DNA of 64,000 bases from the NCBI GenBank assembly GCA_964016885.1, contig CAXHJY010001051.1, positions 1 to 64,000 on the forward strand. Reading direction: 5' to 3'. Shown piece by piece: positions 31,145-44,275 of the stretch. The position numbers and the translations under genes were made by a program. Position 1 is the stretch's first letter, and every line of letters begins with the position of its first letter. Source of the DNA: Eledone cirrhosa. Its lineage: Eukaryota. The notes under the pieces were generated by a model. That model ran no database searches. It was not told where the DNA came from and worked only from the letters and a program-made list of their open reading frames with translations.

Positions 31145-31828
31145 TGAAGTGGAAAGAGCACGGAAAATATATTTTAGGGTCTGTTTTTCTTTTTTTTTTT
31201 CCTTTCTTTCATTCGTCAAAGTGATATTATTGAAAACATGAGAGGGACAATCTAAACTATAATAAAGCAAGGAGTGCGGGGACTGCATCCAGGATATTTT
31301 TTTTATCCCGTTTGTAAAATAAGTTGGATTACTTTGAATAAATAATGAATGAATATTACATAATTTATCTACTAAATTTCATTATTCTTGATTAAATATA
31401 AATAATTTTGTTGTTTATTTTAAGATTGACTTCTTTAAAATGTTCAAATGTCAACACTTCCGGTTCAGTCATATATTTCCGTCAATGGATGACGTTACTG
31501 ATTACATAAGACAGTATAACACAGTCTTCGTTCAATTTCTGCGGATATTGTCAATTACGATTTTATTTTATGTATCATATCTACATGCATATATACTTGC
31601 GTATAATATCAATATGCACACTACACATGCTAGCAGAAGGGGGGTTCTTTTAAAAAAGAGTTTTATAAAGTATATAAAGTATAACCGGTTTCGATGTGGT
31701 TAGTAAAATTCATCTTATCAATTGTTGAGTATTACAATTAAAAAGTATTAATAAGAATTAAAAACTAAAAGTTAACTCTTTAAAATTAAGAGGTTTTTTT
31801 CATCTTCCTTGCTGAGAAGGAGATTGGA

Positions 31829-31830
<2 letters not shown>
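31141..31830 (-). mobile_element. Dispersed element related to 37050-37590, interrupted by a ~394-bp insertion (31251-31644)
   Basis: 31141-31250 and 31645-31820 match the reverse complement of the 37-kb copy. Both carry a degenerate hammerhead-like TTGATAAGATG...ATCGAAACCGGT. A third fragment is at 1130-1210. Confidence 0.65.
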
Positions 31831-31877
<47 letters not shown>

Positions 31878-31999
31878 AAATAAAGCGAGGTTCAGGTTCC
31901 ACAAGCCCCATAAACACTATGTGTGTTTTCTAAATGAACATCTTCATATTTTGTTCCAGAGGTATCCACCATGTTAAGATCCGAACATCTGTTCGTATC

Positions 32000-32128
32000 T
32001 AGCTGTCGAAACGGTCGGAGCTCAGCCATCGGGGTCCTGACTCTTTTCCTATTACCCACTCAACTAACATAAGTATTGAGTACTCTGGTGTATTATGGTC
32101 CACCTGGTTCCTTACCACATTTCCTTCG

Positions 32129-32130
<2 letters not shown>
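32000..32130 (+). mobile_element. Diverged family A copy (non-inverted, with tail)
   Basis: TAGCTGTCGAAACGGTCGGAGCTCAGCC...CCTTCGTT(AT)n. Confidence 0.65.
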
Positions 32131-32166
<36 letters not shown>

Positions 32167-33153
32167 TATATCAGAGTTGTTTTAACTTCATACTTTTCTC
32201 CTATTTCTCCTCCTCCTCTTTCTCCTCCTGTCCCTCCTCTGTCCTCCTCCTACTCCCACCATGTCACTTCCTGTCTGACTTCGTTTAATATCGTACAAAA
32301 CCTTGTTTTTCTGGTTCCTCCCCTTCCTATACAGTCTCTCTCCCTCTCTTTCTTTCTCTCTCTATCTACCTATCTATGTTTTTCTCTTTCTCTCTCTATC
32401 ACTCTCTCTCTCTACTCTCTGCCTCTCTCTCTCTCTCTTTATTCTCTGTAAAAGTAATCTTACATAAAGTCAACATCAGTCATTGTTGTTACTACTGCTG
32501 CTGTTGTTATTGTTGTTGCTGTTGTTCCTGTTCTTGCTGATGTTGTTATTGTTGTTGGTGTTGTTATTGTTGTTGTTATTGGTGTTGTTATTGGTGTTGT
32601 TATTGGTGTTGTTGTTATTGGTGTTGTTATTGTTTTGTTGTTATTGTTGTTATTGTTGTTATTGTTGTTGTAGTTGTTGTTGTTGTTGTTATAGCTGTTG
32701 CTACAATTGATGTTGTTATAGATGTTGTTGTTGTTGCTACCATTGTTGTTGTTATTGTTACTGTTGTTGTTGGTGTTGTAGCTGTTGCTACCATTGATGT
32801 TGTTATTGTTGTAGCTGTTGTAACTGATATAGTTGTTATTGTTGTAGTTGCTGTTGTTGTTGTTGTTGTTATAGCTGTTGTTGTTGCTACCATTGATGTT
32901 GTTGTTGTTACAGTTATTTTACCTCATGTAGTTCCTTCCACTATTGTCGTTGAAGTGATTCGAACAATGTGTGTAGTTTTATTAATCAGTGTTGTTGTTG
33001 TTGTTGTTACTGTTGTTGTTGTTATTGTAGTTGTTGTTGTTGTTTTAAACGTGATGCTCTTATTGTTGACATTATAGTTGATATTGTTTTACTTGGCTAT
33101 ACATGTGTAATCATATATATGTATATATATATATATACACACATATATGTGTA

Positions 33154-33207
<54 letters not shown>

Positions 33208-33256
33208 TATATACATATATATATATAAATATATATACATATATATATATATATAA

Positions 33257-33287
<31 letters not shown>

Positions 33288-33316
33288 AATATATATACAT
33301 ATATATATATATATAA

Positions 33317-33397
<81 letters not shown>

Positions 33398-33398
33398 A

Positions 33399-33487
<89 letters not shown>

Positions 33488-33490
33488 AAT

Positions 33491-33593
<103 letters not shown>

Positions 33594-33594
33594 C

Positions 33595-33635
<41 letters not shown>

Positions 33636-33695
33636 TATACATATATAAAATATATATATATAAATATATATACATATATACATATATAAATATAA

Positions 33696-33726
<31 letters not shown>

Positions 33727-34477
33727 AATATATATATGTATATATACATATATATATATAAATATATATATGTATATATACATATATATATATAAATATA
33801 TATATGTATACATACATACATACATACATACATACATACATACATACATACATGCATGCATACATACATACATACATACATACATACATACATACATACA
33901 TACATACATACATACATACATACATACATACATACATACATACACATATACAAATTCAATTGGGAAGAACCAGCTAGCAGATTCACAACGCAATTAAACT
34001 TAGAAATAAAAATAGAAGAAACAGACAATCAGAATACAACGCTGCTGCTGTTGTTGTTGCTGCTGCTGCTACTGTTGCTGCTGTTGTTGCTGCTGCTGCT
34101 ACTGTTGCTGCTGTTGTTGCTGCTGCAGTTAAGTGTTTCTACAGGATTGAAAACAAACCTCTATACAGATTTACCCAATTTGAAATAATGGGGACCAATT
34201 CAACCATTTCTATAGCCCTCGTTGTGAATGAAAAACTAAATAATGAAAAAGAAAAAAAGTACATTCACATCTCATCAACACCTATCCAGATTTTGTTGGC
34301 CCCCTACGAGGAAGTATCTCATAGGAAATTCTTGGCAGGTGGAGGGGTTAATTTTAAAAAGAAAAAGACCTGAAATGAATTAAGGGATTCTATTTAGCTT
34401 CAGACTCTATCGAAGTGATGCCCTAGCAATGTCGCACAACATGGACCATTGTCAAGCACTACACAGATTTACCCAAT

Positions 34478-35184
34478 TTGAAATAATTGTTTCTACTGTT
34501 TGGTACAAGGCCAGCAATTATCTCCCCAGTTCATTACTGATACTTTATTTGAAATAATTGTTTCTACTTTAGGCACAAGGCCAGCAATTACCCAGTGTAT
34601 TACTGGTACTTTATTTGAAATAATTGTTTCTACTTTTTGGCACAAGGCCAGCAATTATCCCAGTGCATTACTGGTACTTTATTTGAAATAATTGTTTCTA
34701 CTTTAGGCACAAGGCCAGCAATTATCCCAGTGCATTACTGGTACTTTATTTGAAATAATTGTTTCTACTTTTGGCACAAGGCCAGCAATTATCTCCCAGT
34801 GTATTACTGGTACTTTATTTGAAATAATTGTTTCTACTTTAGGCACAAGGCCAGCAATTACCCAGTGTATTACTGGTACTTTATTTGAAATAATTGTTTC
34901 TACTTTAGGCACAAGGCCAGCAATTACCCAGTGTATTACTGTTGCTTTATTTGAAATAATTGTTTCTACTTTTGGCACAAGGCCAGCAATTATCCCCCAG
35001 TTCATTACTGGTACTTTATTTGAAATAATTGTTTCTACTTTTTGGTACAAGGCCAGGAAATAACCCCCAGTTCATTACTGGTACTTTATTTTATCGACCC
35101 CGTAAGGATGAAAGGCAAAGTTAACCTCGGCGGGATTTGAACTCAGCTCGTAAAGAGACGTAACTGTGCCTTTATTGAAATAAT
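34478..35184 (-). mobile_element. 5'-truncated SINE whose 3' end is amplified into a 9-unit ~67-bp array
   Basis: TSD TTGAAATAAT at 34478-34487 and 35175-35184. Each unit is the target-site 10-mer plus the SINE 3' end. Confidence 0.9.
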
Positions 35185-35399
35185 GGGGACCAATTCATCG
35201 ATTTCTATAACCCTTCTTGTGAATTGTCAGTCATAGTGGCGATAGTGGTGCTGGTGGTGGGGTTAATGGTGGCGTTGTTTGTGGACTAAGGCGGTGAAAG
35301 TGGCTTCGGTGGCTATGTAGCAGTGGCAGTGGCGGTGGTGGAAATAGGGGGTGGGGGAGTCGATGTTTGTGGTTGTTGTGATGATGGCGCTGGCGTCTG

Positions 35400-35965
35400 T
35401 GGTGTTGGTAGCTGCAGTGGGGGGGGGCGTCTGCGATGGTGGTGGTGGTGGTGGCTGCAGTGGTGGGGGCTGCAGTGGGGGGAGGGTGTGGCGTCTGTGA
35501 TGGTGGTGGTGGCGGCGGCTGCAGTGGAGAGAGGGGTGGCATCTGTGATGGTGGTGGTGGTGGCGGCGGCTTCAGTGGGGGGAGGGTGTGGCGTCTGTGA
35601 TGGTGGTCGTGGCGGCTGCAGTGGGGGGGAGGGTGTGGCGTCTGTGATGGTGGTGGTGGTGTGGCGTCTGTGATGGTGGTGGTGGTGTGGCGGCTGCAGT
35701 GGGGGGAGGGGTGGCATCTGCAATGGTGGTGGTGGTGGTGTGGCGGCTGCAGTGGGGGGGAGGGTGTGGCGTCTGTGATGGTGGTGGTGGTGTGGCGTCT
35801 GTGATGGTGGTGGTGGTGTGGCGGCTGCAGTGGGGGAGGGGTGGCATCTGCGATGGTGGTGGTGGTGGTGTGGCTGCAGTAGGGGGGAGGGTGTAGCGTC
35901 TGTGATGGTGGTGGTGGTGGCTGCAGTGGGGGGGAGGGGCGTCTGTGATGGTGGTGGTGGAAGTG
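35400..35965. repeat. G-rich minisatellite (GGCTGCAGTGGGGGGAGGGTGTGGCGTCTGTGATGGTGGTGGT)
   Basis: About 10 imperfect tandem units. Confidence 0.9.
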
Positions 35966-36491
35966 GCAGCTCCGCAATATAGACATCATCTTTAAAACCC
36001 ATCAAATTCGACAGTTGATATATTATTGTTGTTGTACGTTTTTCCTATTACGCTATTTCTCCCTCTTTTCATATTACGCTATTTCCTCTCTCATTTTCTC
36101 CCTCCACTGCTCCCCCTTCCTCCCCCACCCCCTCGTCACCTCCCTCCTCTCCCTCTTCCTCCTCCTCCCCCACCTTATATATCTGTTTCCTTATCAGATG
36201 TTACATTGAATCATTCTACAAGAGACATACCCCAGTCCACCACCCGACCAACCAGACAGTCAGCCACATCAATTACCACCACCACCACCCCACCACTCCT
36301 CCGCCACTACCCTACCCTCATATGTTCCTACATCACCCCCAGACCACCCGGCCACCCTTCCACCCACCCAGCAACATTAATGTTCCTACTTCAGAGATAT
36401 AAACTATTAAAACAGATAAAGGAGAAGGGGAGAGAATTACTGTTTAAATGGTTGGTTCTAGCCACTGTTTCCTTCAGTTTTGTTTTCAATA

Positions 36492-36860
36492 ATCAGTAGA
36501 GCGTCAGGCACCCTGCTTTGTGGCATATACTTACGGCCCTTTACGTTCTGAGTTCAAATCCCGCCGAGGTTAACTTTGCCTTTCATCCTTACGGGGTCGA
36601 TAAAATAAAGTACCAGTAATGCACTGGGTATTTGCTGGCCTTGTCCCAAAAGTAGAAACAATTATTATTAAAGGCCGGTGGATTGGCAGTAATCGGTAGA
36701 GCGTCAGACAACATGCTTCGCGGCACAGAGTTACGGCCCTTTAAGCTCTAAGTTCAAATCCCGCCATGGTTAACTTTGCCTTTCATCCTTACGGGGTCGA
36801 TAAAATAAAGTACCAGTAATGTACTGGGGTCGGTTTAATTGACTTTCCCTTCCCCAAAAA
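36492..36860 (+). mobile_element. Two tandem tRNA-derived SINEs
   Basis: Cores at ~36578 and ~36778. Confidence 0.88.
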
Positions 36861-37274
36861 GTGTGTGTGTGTGTGCGTGTGCGTGTGCGTGTGCGTGTGC
36901 GTGTGCGTGTGTGTGAGACCCGGGTTCAATCGGGGGTAACCACAGTAAGGTACTCAATACATTGGTAGAGTATATACAAAATTTAATACAGAAATGGCTT
37001 CTACAGGACTAGAACTAAGTTTTTTTTCCCGTCTTTCTTGCTCAAATTCTTGAGCAAGAAAGATGGAAAAAAACTTACTCCAACATTCGATTGTAATTTT
37101 AAATCTTTAATTTTTAGTTTTTAACTCGTATTAATTCTTTTAAATTTTTAATTTCAATACTCAACTTTTGATAAGATGAATTTTAATAATATATCGAAAC
37201 CGGTAATACTTTATATACTTTATATACTTTATAAAACTTTCTTTAAAAGAATTGTCCCTCTCATTTTTTCAATA

Positions 37275-37468
37275 GTTGTTTCTACTTTTGGCACAAGGCC
37301 AGCAATTACCCAGTGCATTACTAGTACTTTATTTTATCGACCCCGTAAGGATGAAAGGCAAAGTTAACCTCGGCGGAACTTGAACTCAGAATGGCTTCAA
37401 ATCCCGCCGAGATTAACTTTGCCTTTCATCCTTACGGGGTCGATAAAATAAAGTACCAGTAATGTACA
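37275..37468. mobile_element. Head-to-head inverted SINE pair within one 15-bp TSD
   Basis: Minus copy at 37275-37395, plus copy at 37396-37465. CTCATTTTTTCAATA occurs at 37260-37274 and 37469-37483. Confidence 0.85.
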
Positions 37469-37653
37469 CTCATTTTTTCAATAATGTTATCTTTTCAATA
37501 ACGTCACTTTGACGAATCAAAGAAAGGATAAAATAAGCAAAATAGACCCTTAAATATATTTTCCGTGCTATTTCCAACATCACTTTTTCTCTATATTCAC
37601 TGTTTCGTATAGAACCTTACTTCCCTTTTCTAATATATATATATATATATATA

Positions 37654-38027
37654 TCAAGTAAGAATATTTTCGAAACAGCGAGTGGATTTGAAATGATTAG
37701 AAATGTTAGCTATCGCCGTATTTTTTACTAAAGAAATTAAAGAAATTATTTAGCCTGATAGTGGAGTTAAGAACCCTCGGAGAAATGGAAAAAGATGAGT
37801 ATTGACGTACATGGGAGTCGAACCCACATCTTTGGTTATCCGGACCACTATGCTACCATTTACACCAACACATAGTGGTGCGGATAACCAAAGATGTGGG
37901 TTCGACTCCCATGTACGTCAATACTCATCTTTTTCCATTTCTCCGAGGGTTCTTAACCCCACTATCAGGCTAAATAATTTCTTTAATTTCTTTAGTCAAA
38001 AATACGGTGATAGCTAACATTTCTAAT
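37654..38027 (-). mobile_element. tRNA-headed fold-back element with 157-bp arms and 42-nt one-sided tail
   Basis: Arms at 37696-37852 and 37871-38027. The minus monomer starts TGTTGGTGTAAATGGTAGCA (A-box-like) and contains GGTTCGACTCC (B box). Flanked by (TA)n; a related 3' end is at 843-903. Confidence 0.75.
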
Positions 38028-38479
38028 AATATATATATATGTGTGTGTGTGTGTGTTATTCCCCTTGTGATTTCCACACGTGGTTTAACTTACCACCGTA
38101 TCATTCACTTATTTGGTACAGAGCGAAATACCTGTTGATAACGTGATATTCCTTGTTCGATCGTTATCCACAAAGCTTATATTTTTAAGCAGACTGTATT
38201 TTGATTTAGGTGTCACAGAAACTCTACATCGGATTTTAACAACAATTCCGGGAGTCCAGGTCTGGTTATCATTTATTTTTTATCATTTATTTTGTTTTGA
38301 CCTGTTTAGCTTGATTTGGTTTTGGGCTTGGGTGGTTAATGCCTTCTTGACCACCTTTTCAGTTTTGTATGGCTTCTTAACACATTGTTTAGCTCTGATT
38401 TTTAACTATTGACCACTTTGCCAGTATCATTTCTGATTTTTGCGTTTCTCTTCGCTTTTCCTGCCCGCCGAAAATGCGA

Positions 38480-38524
38480 TTTCACCCTTAACGGGATCTT
38501 CTGAAGATCCCGTTAAGGGTGAAA
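38480..38524. ncRNA. Perfect 22-bp palindrome containing a hammerhead core
   Basis: TTTCACCCTTAACGGGATCTTC-T-GAAGATCCCGTTAAGGGTGAAA contains CTGAAGA-T-CCC-GTTAA-GGG-T-GAAA. Confidence 0.55.
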
Positions 38525-38563
38525 GCAGGTGATTCTTTGCTTAAACTTTAATCTGTTATTTTA

Positions 38564-38602
<39 letters not shown>

Positions 38603-38664
38603 TATATATATATATATGTTGATATAGTATGAATATATACACATATATATATACCATATAAATG

Positions 38665-38696
<32 letters not shown>

Positions 38697-38744
38697 CCAT
38701 ATAAATGTATATATATTTATATATATATATATATACATTTATAT

Positions 38745-38794
<50 letters not shown>

Positions 38795-38816
38795 TATTGT
38801 ATATAAATGTATATAA

Positions 38817-38864
<48 letters not shown>

Positions 38865-38984
38865 CCTTTCCCAAATGAAGATGTAACTAGGATTACAGAA
38901 AGCAACGGCTGGTTGTTTGACTCCATAATTAAAATGTGAAGCTGGGTAAGTACATGATGTGGGTGGCTGGATGTTGGATGGTGT

Positions 38985-39960
38985 GTGTGGGGGGGGGGGG
39001 TTATGACGGGTGGAGAGGGGCCGTGTATGGGGGGGTAATGACGGGTGGGGGGGGGTGTAGTGTATCGCGGATAATGGCAGGTGGTGGTGGTGGTGGTGGC
39101 GGCGGCGGCGTAGTTTATGGTGTGGTAATGATGGGATGGGGTGGTGTATTGTGGGGGTATTGATGGGTGGTGGCGGTGATGTATGGTGGGGTACGGATGA
39201 GAGGGGGAGGGCGCGAGTTGTGATGTGTGTAGAGGTGGGTCATGGTGAGGTTAGTGGCGATGGTTGTGGTGGTGGTGGTGTAGTGTAGGAGGTAGTAGTA
39301 GTGGTGGTGGTGGTGGTGGTGGTGGTGGTGGTGTCTGTAATGGTAGTGGTCGGAGTCAATGGGAAGGGATACTGTTGTTGTTTTGTGGTGGTGGTAGTGG
39401 TGGTGGTGGTGGTAGTGTAGGTTGTGGTGGTGGTGGTGGTGTAGGTTGTGGTGGTGGTTGTGGTGGTGTAGGTTGTGATGGTGGTGGTGTAGGTTGTGGT
39501 GGTGGTAGTGTAGGTTGTGGTGGTGGTAGTGTAGGTTGTGGTGGTGGTAGTGTAGGTTGTGGTGACGGTGGTAGTGGTGGTGGTGGTGGTGGTGTAGGTT
39601 CTGGTGGTGATGTTGGTGGTGGTGTAGGTTGTGGCGCTTTTGGTGTAGGTTGTGGTGGTGGTAGTGTAGGTTGTGGTGGTGGTGGTGGTGGCTGTGGTGG
39701 TGGTGGTGGCGGCGGCGGTGGTGGTGGTGGTAGTGAAGGTTGTGGTGGTGTAGGTTGTGATGGTGGTGGTGGTGTAGGTTGTGATGGTTGTGGTGGTGTT
39801 GGTGGTGGTGGTTGTGGTGGTGGTGGTGGTGGTGGTGTTGTTGGTGGTATTGTTATTGTTATTTTCATTGTTGACGTTGGTGTTGTTATAGTTGGTGGTG
39901 GTGGTGGTGGTGGTAGTATTTGTAGTCTATGTTGTAGTTGTTGCTGTTACCGTTGTAGTT
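38985..39960. repeat. (GGT)n / GGTAGTGTAGGTTGT low-complexity tract
   Basis: Direct inspection. Confidence 0.9.
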
Positions 39961-40077
39961 GTTTGTTATCTTGTATATTGTTTAGATTTCCTCTCTGGGC
40001 AGACACTAAAGCCATTTAAGCATCATTAAAAACGTCCAACTCCCTTTCATGCATATATTACATATGTATATATTTAT

Positions 40078-40163
<86 letters not shown>

Positions 40164-40309
40164 TATATATTTATATGTATATATATATAAAGAGGGAGAG
40201 AGAGAGAGAGAGAGATGCATTATGTACATTATAGATATATATATATATATATATATACATATATATAGATAGATATATATATATGTCTACTTGCAAATTA
40301 TATATACAT

Positions 40310-40341
<32 letters not shown>

Positions 40342-40384
40342 ATATACATATATATATATATGTCTACTTTCAAATTATATGTAC

Positions 40385-40434
<50 letters not shown>

Positions 40435-40635
40435 CATAATATATATATATATATATACATAATATACATATATATATATCTACTTTCAAATTATATGTAT
40501 ACATATATATATACATATACATATATATATATATATATATATGTCTACTTTCAAATTATATGTATACATATATATATACATATACATATATATATATATA
40601 TATATATGTCTACTTTCAAATTATATGTACATTAC

Positions 40636-40669
<34 letters not shown>

Positions 40670-40709
40670 GTCTACTTTCAAATTATATGTACATTACATA
40701 TATATATAC

Positions 40710-40752
<43 letters not shown>

Positions 40753-41108
40753 TTTGTTGTTTCTGTTGGTCATATGTGTATCTCTTCAGTGTAATTTAAA
40801 CAGACACCCGCTGGCGATCTGCTCTCAAACTGAGGGCCATCTGCTAACTCCTTTCAATCTCACATCACTTCTCTCTCTTTCCACAACAGAAACTTGCTAT
40901 CTTTCTGCTCTTCCTTCATCTAATTGTTGTTCTTACTTTTATTGTTATCATCATTTCTGTTATTGTTATAATCATTAACTTCCCGTGGAATGGCGGAATC
41001 GGTAGAGCTTTAGATGCAGTGACATGCGCTGTTTTGAGATTATTTTTTTTAACGGTATAGGTTCGAATACGTTCGAATCACGCCATAATCCACGTTATCT
41101 GTATCTGA

Positions 41109-41271
41109 AGAGGGTTGGACGCCATGCTTTCTCGGCATAGTTACGTCCCTTTACGGTTCGAGTTCAAATCCCGTCGAGGTTAACTTTGCCTTTCATCCTT
41201 ACGCGTTCGATAAAATAAAGTACCAGTAATGTATTGGGTAATTGCTGGCCTTGTGCCAACAGTAGAAGCAA
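41109..41271 (+). mobile_element. tRNA-derived SINE with 14-bp TSD
   Basis: TTATCTGTATCTGA at 41095-41108 and 41272-41285. Confidence 0.9.
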
Positions 41272-41538
41272 TTATCTGTATCTGAGGAGCTACCGAGTCC
41301 AAGACAGACTTTAACACTGCAATGGACTAGCGTCATCTCCAGGGGGAAGTCTTGTATTTATACTCTCAGTCGCTTCACACCACGGAAACCGAAATAAGCA
41401 GCGATCTGAAGACCCCCCGAGTTCAAGAGAGACTTTCACACTGCAATGGACTGGCGTCATGTCCAGGGGGAATCTTGTACTCTCAGTCGCTTCACACCAC
41501 AGAAATAGTGAGCTTCGGTAGAATTTCCATATATACAT

Positions 41539-41573
<35 letters not shown>

Positions 41574-41767
41574 GACACACACACACACACACACACACAT
41601 ACATACATACAAGTGTCAACATACATATCTATATTTCTATAGTTATATTTTCATGTATACGGATAAACGTGCGTGTAGATATGTATATAAACGTGTGCGT
41701 GTGCGTGCGTTTAACTTAAGTAGATTTGTATGTTTTTGTATATATCACTATATATATATACACACAC

Positions 41768-41805
<38 letters not shown>

Positions 41806-41808
41806 GGA

Positions 41809-41855
<47 letters not shown>

Positions 41856-42270
41856 ATAGTTATATATATATATATATATATATTTACATACATATATATA
41901 TATAATATATATATATATACACCCAAACCCACAGCTATATGCAAATCCGCTCTAGAGTATGGCTTGGACATCATGGCGCCTATTGATCGATCACGTGATC
42001 TGCTCCATAGAGTGACTTGTCAATAAAGGCACTTTTTTTTTATTTTATTTTGCTAACTAAAACAATTGAAAACAATACAATTGTGTCGTAAAAAAGGGAT
42101 TTATTTTCTGAAATTTTTTCATCTGATATTTAAAGAATGTGTGTACGTGTGTGTGTATACGTGTGTGTGTGTACGTGTGTGTGTGTGTACGTGTGTGTGT
42201 GTGTAATGATTTATATATTTTAGTGAGTATGAAATTTCAAATATTCTTTTCTAAATTCTTCATCTTATAG

Positions 42271-42316
<46 letters not shown>

Positions 42317-42556
42317 TATATTATATTATATATATAAATATATATATATATATACATAATATATATAAATAAAAATATATGTATTTATGTATTATATATA
42401 TTATATATATATTATATATATACATAATATATGTAAATAAAAATATATATATATGTATTCTATATATTATATATATATAAAAATATATATACACATATAT
42501 GTGTATGTGTTTACTGATTAGTTTTTCTAGTGTAACTATATATATATATTTATATA

Positions 42557-42603
<47 letters not shown>

Positions 42604-42628
42604 ATTTATATATATATATTTATATATA

Positions 42629-42669
<41 letters not shown>

Positions 42670-43144
42670 GTTATTTTTTTCTTCTTTATATATGAAATTT
42701 TGAATATATTACTGGTGAGTGTGACATTAAAATCTCATATTTGAGAAAAATCTGTTTTACATGGCTTTCTGGTTTCATTGTCTCTGGCCTGTCTCCCCCG
42801 CTACACAACCCCGCTCCTCCACATTAGTGAGGAGACAATCTCTATCTAAGACATATGGATCTTGTCCTCTATTGAATTTACTCAACAACAACAATAACAA
42901 CAACAACAACAAACAGGAGATGGGAAATAGAAACAATAGCATTATCACAACAGTAACAACAACAACAAAAGCAACGACAATAACAAAGACGACAACAACA
43001 ACAACAACAACAGCAGCAAAGGCATCGGCAGCAGCAACAACAACAACAACAAAACTCATATATTTTGCATATTACTTTAAGGTTCATTTTCAGAAAAGAG
43101 AAACTATTTTTGTATGGGTGCATGAATGTATGTATGTGTGTCCA

Positions 43145-43279
<135 letters not shown>

Positions 43280-43427
43280 ATGAAATAGGGGGTGCACAGG
43301 ACAAAGACAATGGCAAAAACAACGGAAAGACGGAAAGTCCCATCTCTTCAGTCAATATCTGCACATCACTGCAGTTTCGGAGAATTTAGGTTGATATCGT
43401 TTATTCCAGTGCAAATTTGGGTATATA

Positions 43428-43612
43428 TCATCATCATCATCGATTAAGGGCTATCTTCCACGCCAGCATGGATTAGATGAGTTTGTCCCATTTAGAAGCA
43501 AGTTTGGTCGGGTGACCGTATCTCACTCATATAGGAATGTTTCTGGCTGATTTTCTATGGCGGGATGCCCTCCCTAACGCCACCACATTGACAGTGCGTG
43601 CTGGGTGCTTTT
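43428..43612 (-). mobile_element. RTE-tailed element 3' fragment
   Basis: (TCA)n tail plus the reverse complement of the sequence at 62451-62618. Confidence 0.75.
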
Positions 43613-43771
43613 TGTTGAGAAAGAAAAGTAGGAATTTATTTGCTTTAACATATGTTTCTCTGTCTATTATAATTGTCTACATATGCTGACTACAATATAT
43701 ATTGTTCAATCATATGCTATACTTAATTATTTATCACACTTGATGTACATTAACAAAACGTTATCTACCCT

Positions 43772-43835
<64 letters not shown>

Positions 43836-44132
43836 AATATATATATATATAACTATATATATTTTCATCTAAAGACATTTTTTCCAATTCCATCCAAGAC
43901 ATTCTGAGTTCAAATCCCATCTATATATCTATATAACTATATATATTTTCATCTAAAGACATTTTTTCCAATTCCATCTATATAGTTATTAATAAATATT
44001 TGCGCTTTGATATATATTTATCCTTATCGAGCCCTCTTTGGATTTTAGTCTTCAAATTTATTATTATTACTATAGCTATATAACTATATATATTTTCATC
44101 TAAAGACATTTTTTCCAATTCCATCCAAGACA

Positions 44133-44275
44133 ATTCTGAGTTCAAATCCCGCCGAGGTTAACTTTGCCTTTCATCCTCACGGAGTCGATAAAATAAAATA
44201 CCAGTAACACACTGGGGCCAATTTAATCAACTTTCCCCTCCCCCAAAATGTGTTGATTTTGTGCCTAAAACATTA
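44133..44275 (+). mobile_element. 5'-truncated tRNA-derived SINE
   Basis: B box plus core. The upstream 43-bp segment is triplicated across 43851-44130. Confidence 0.85.

Noticed and set aside
40985-41092. Possible tRNA gene (A/B-box-like motifs)
   Set aside because: No cloverleaf can be formed and the box spacing is too long; it is more likely a decayed SINE head.
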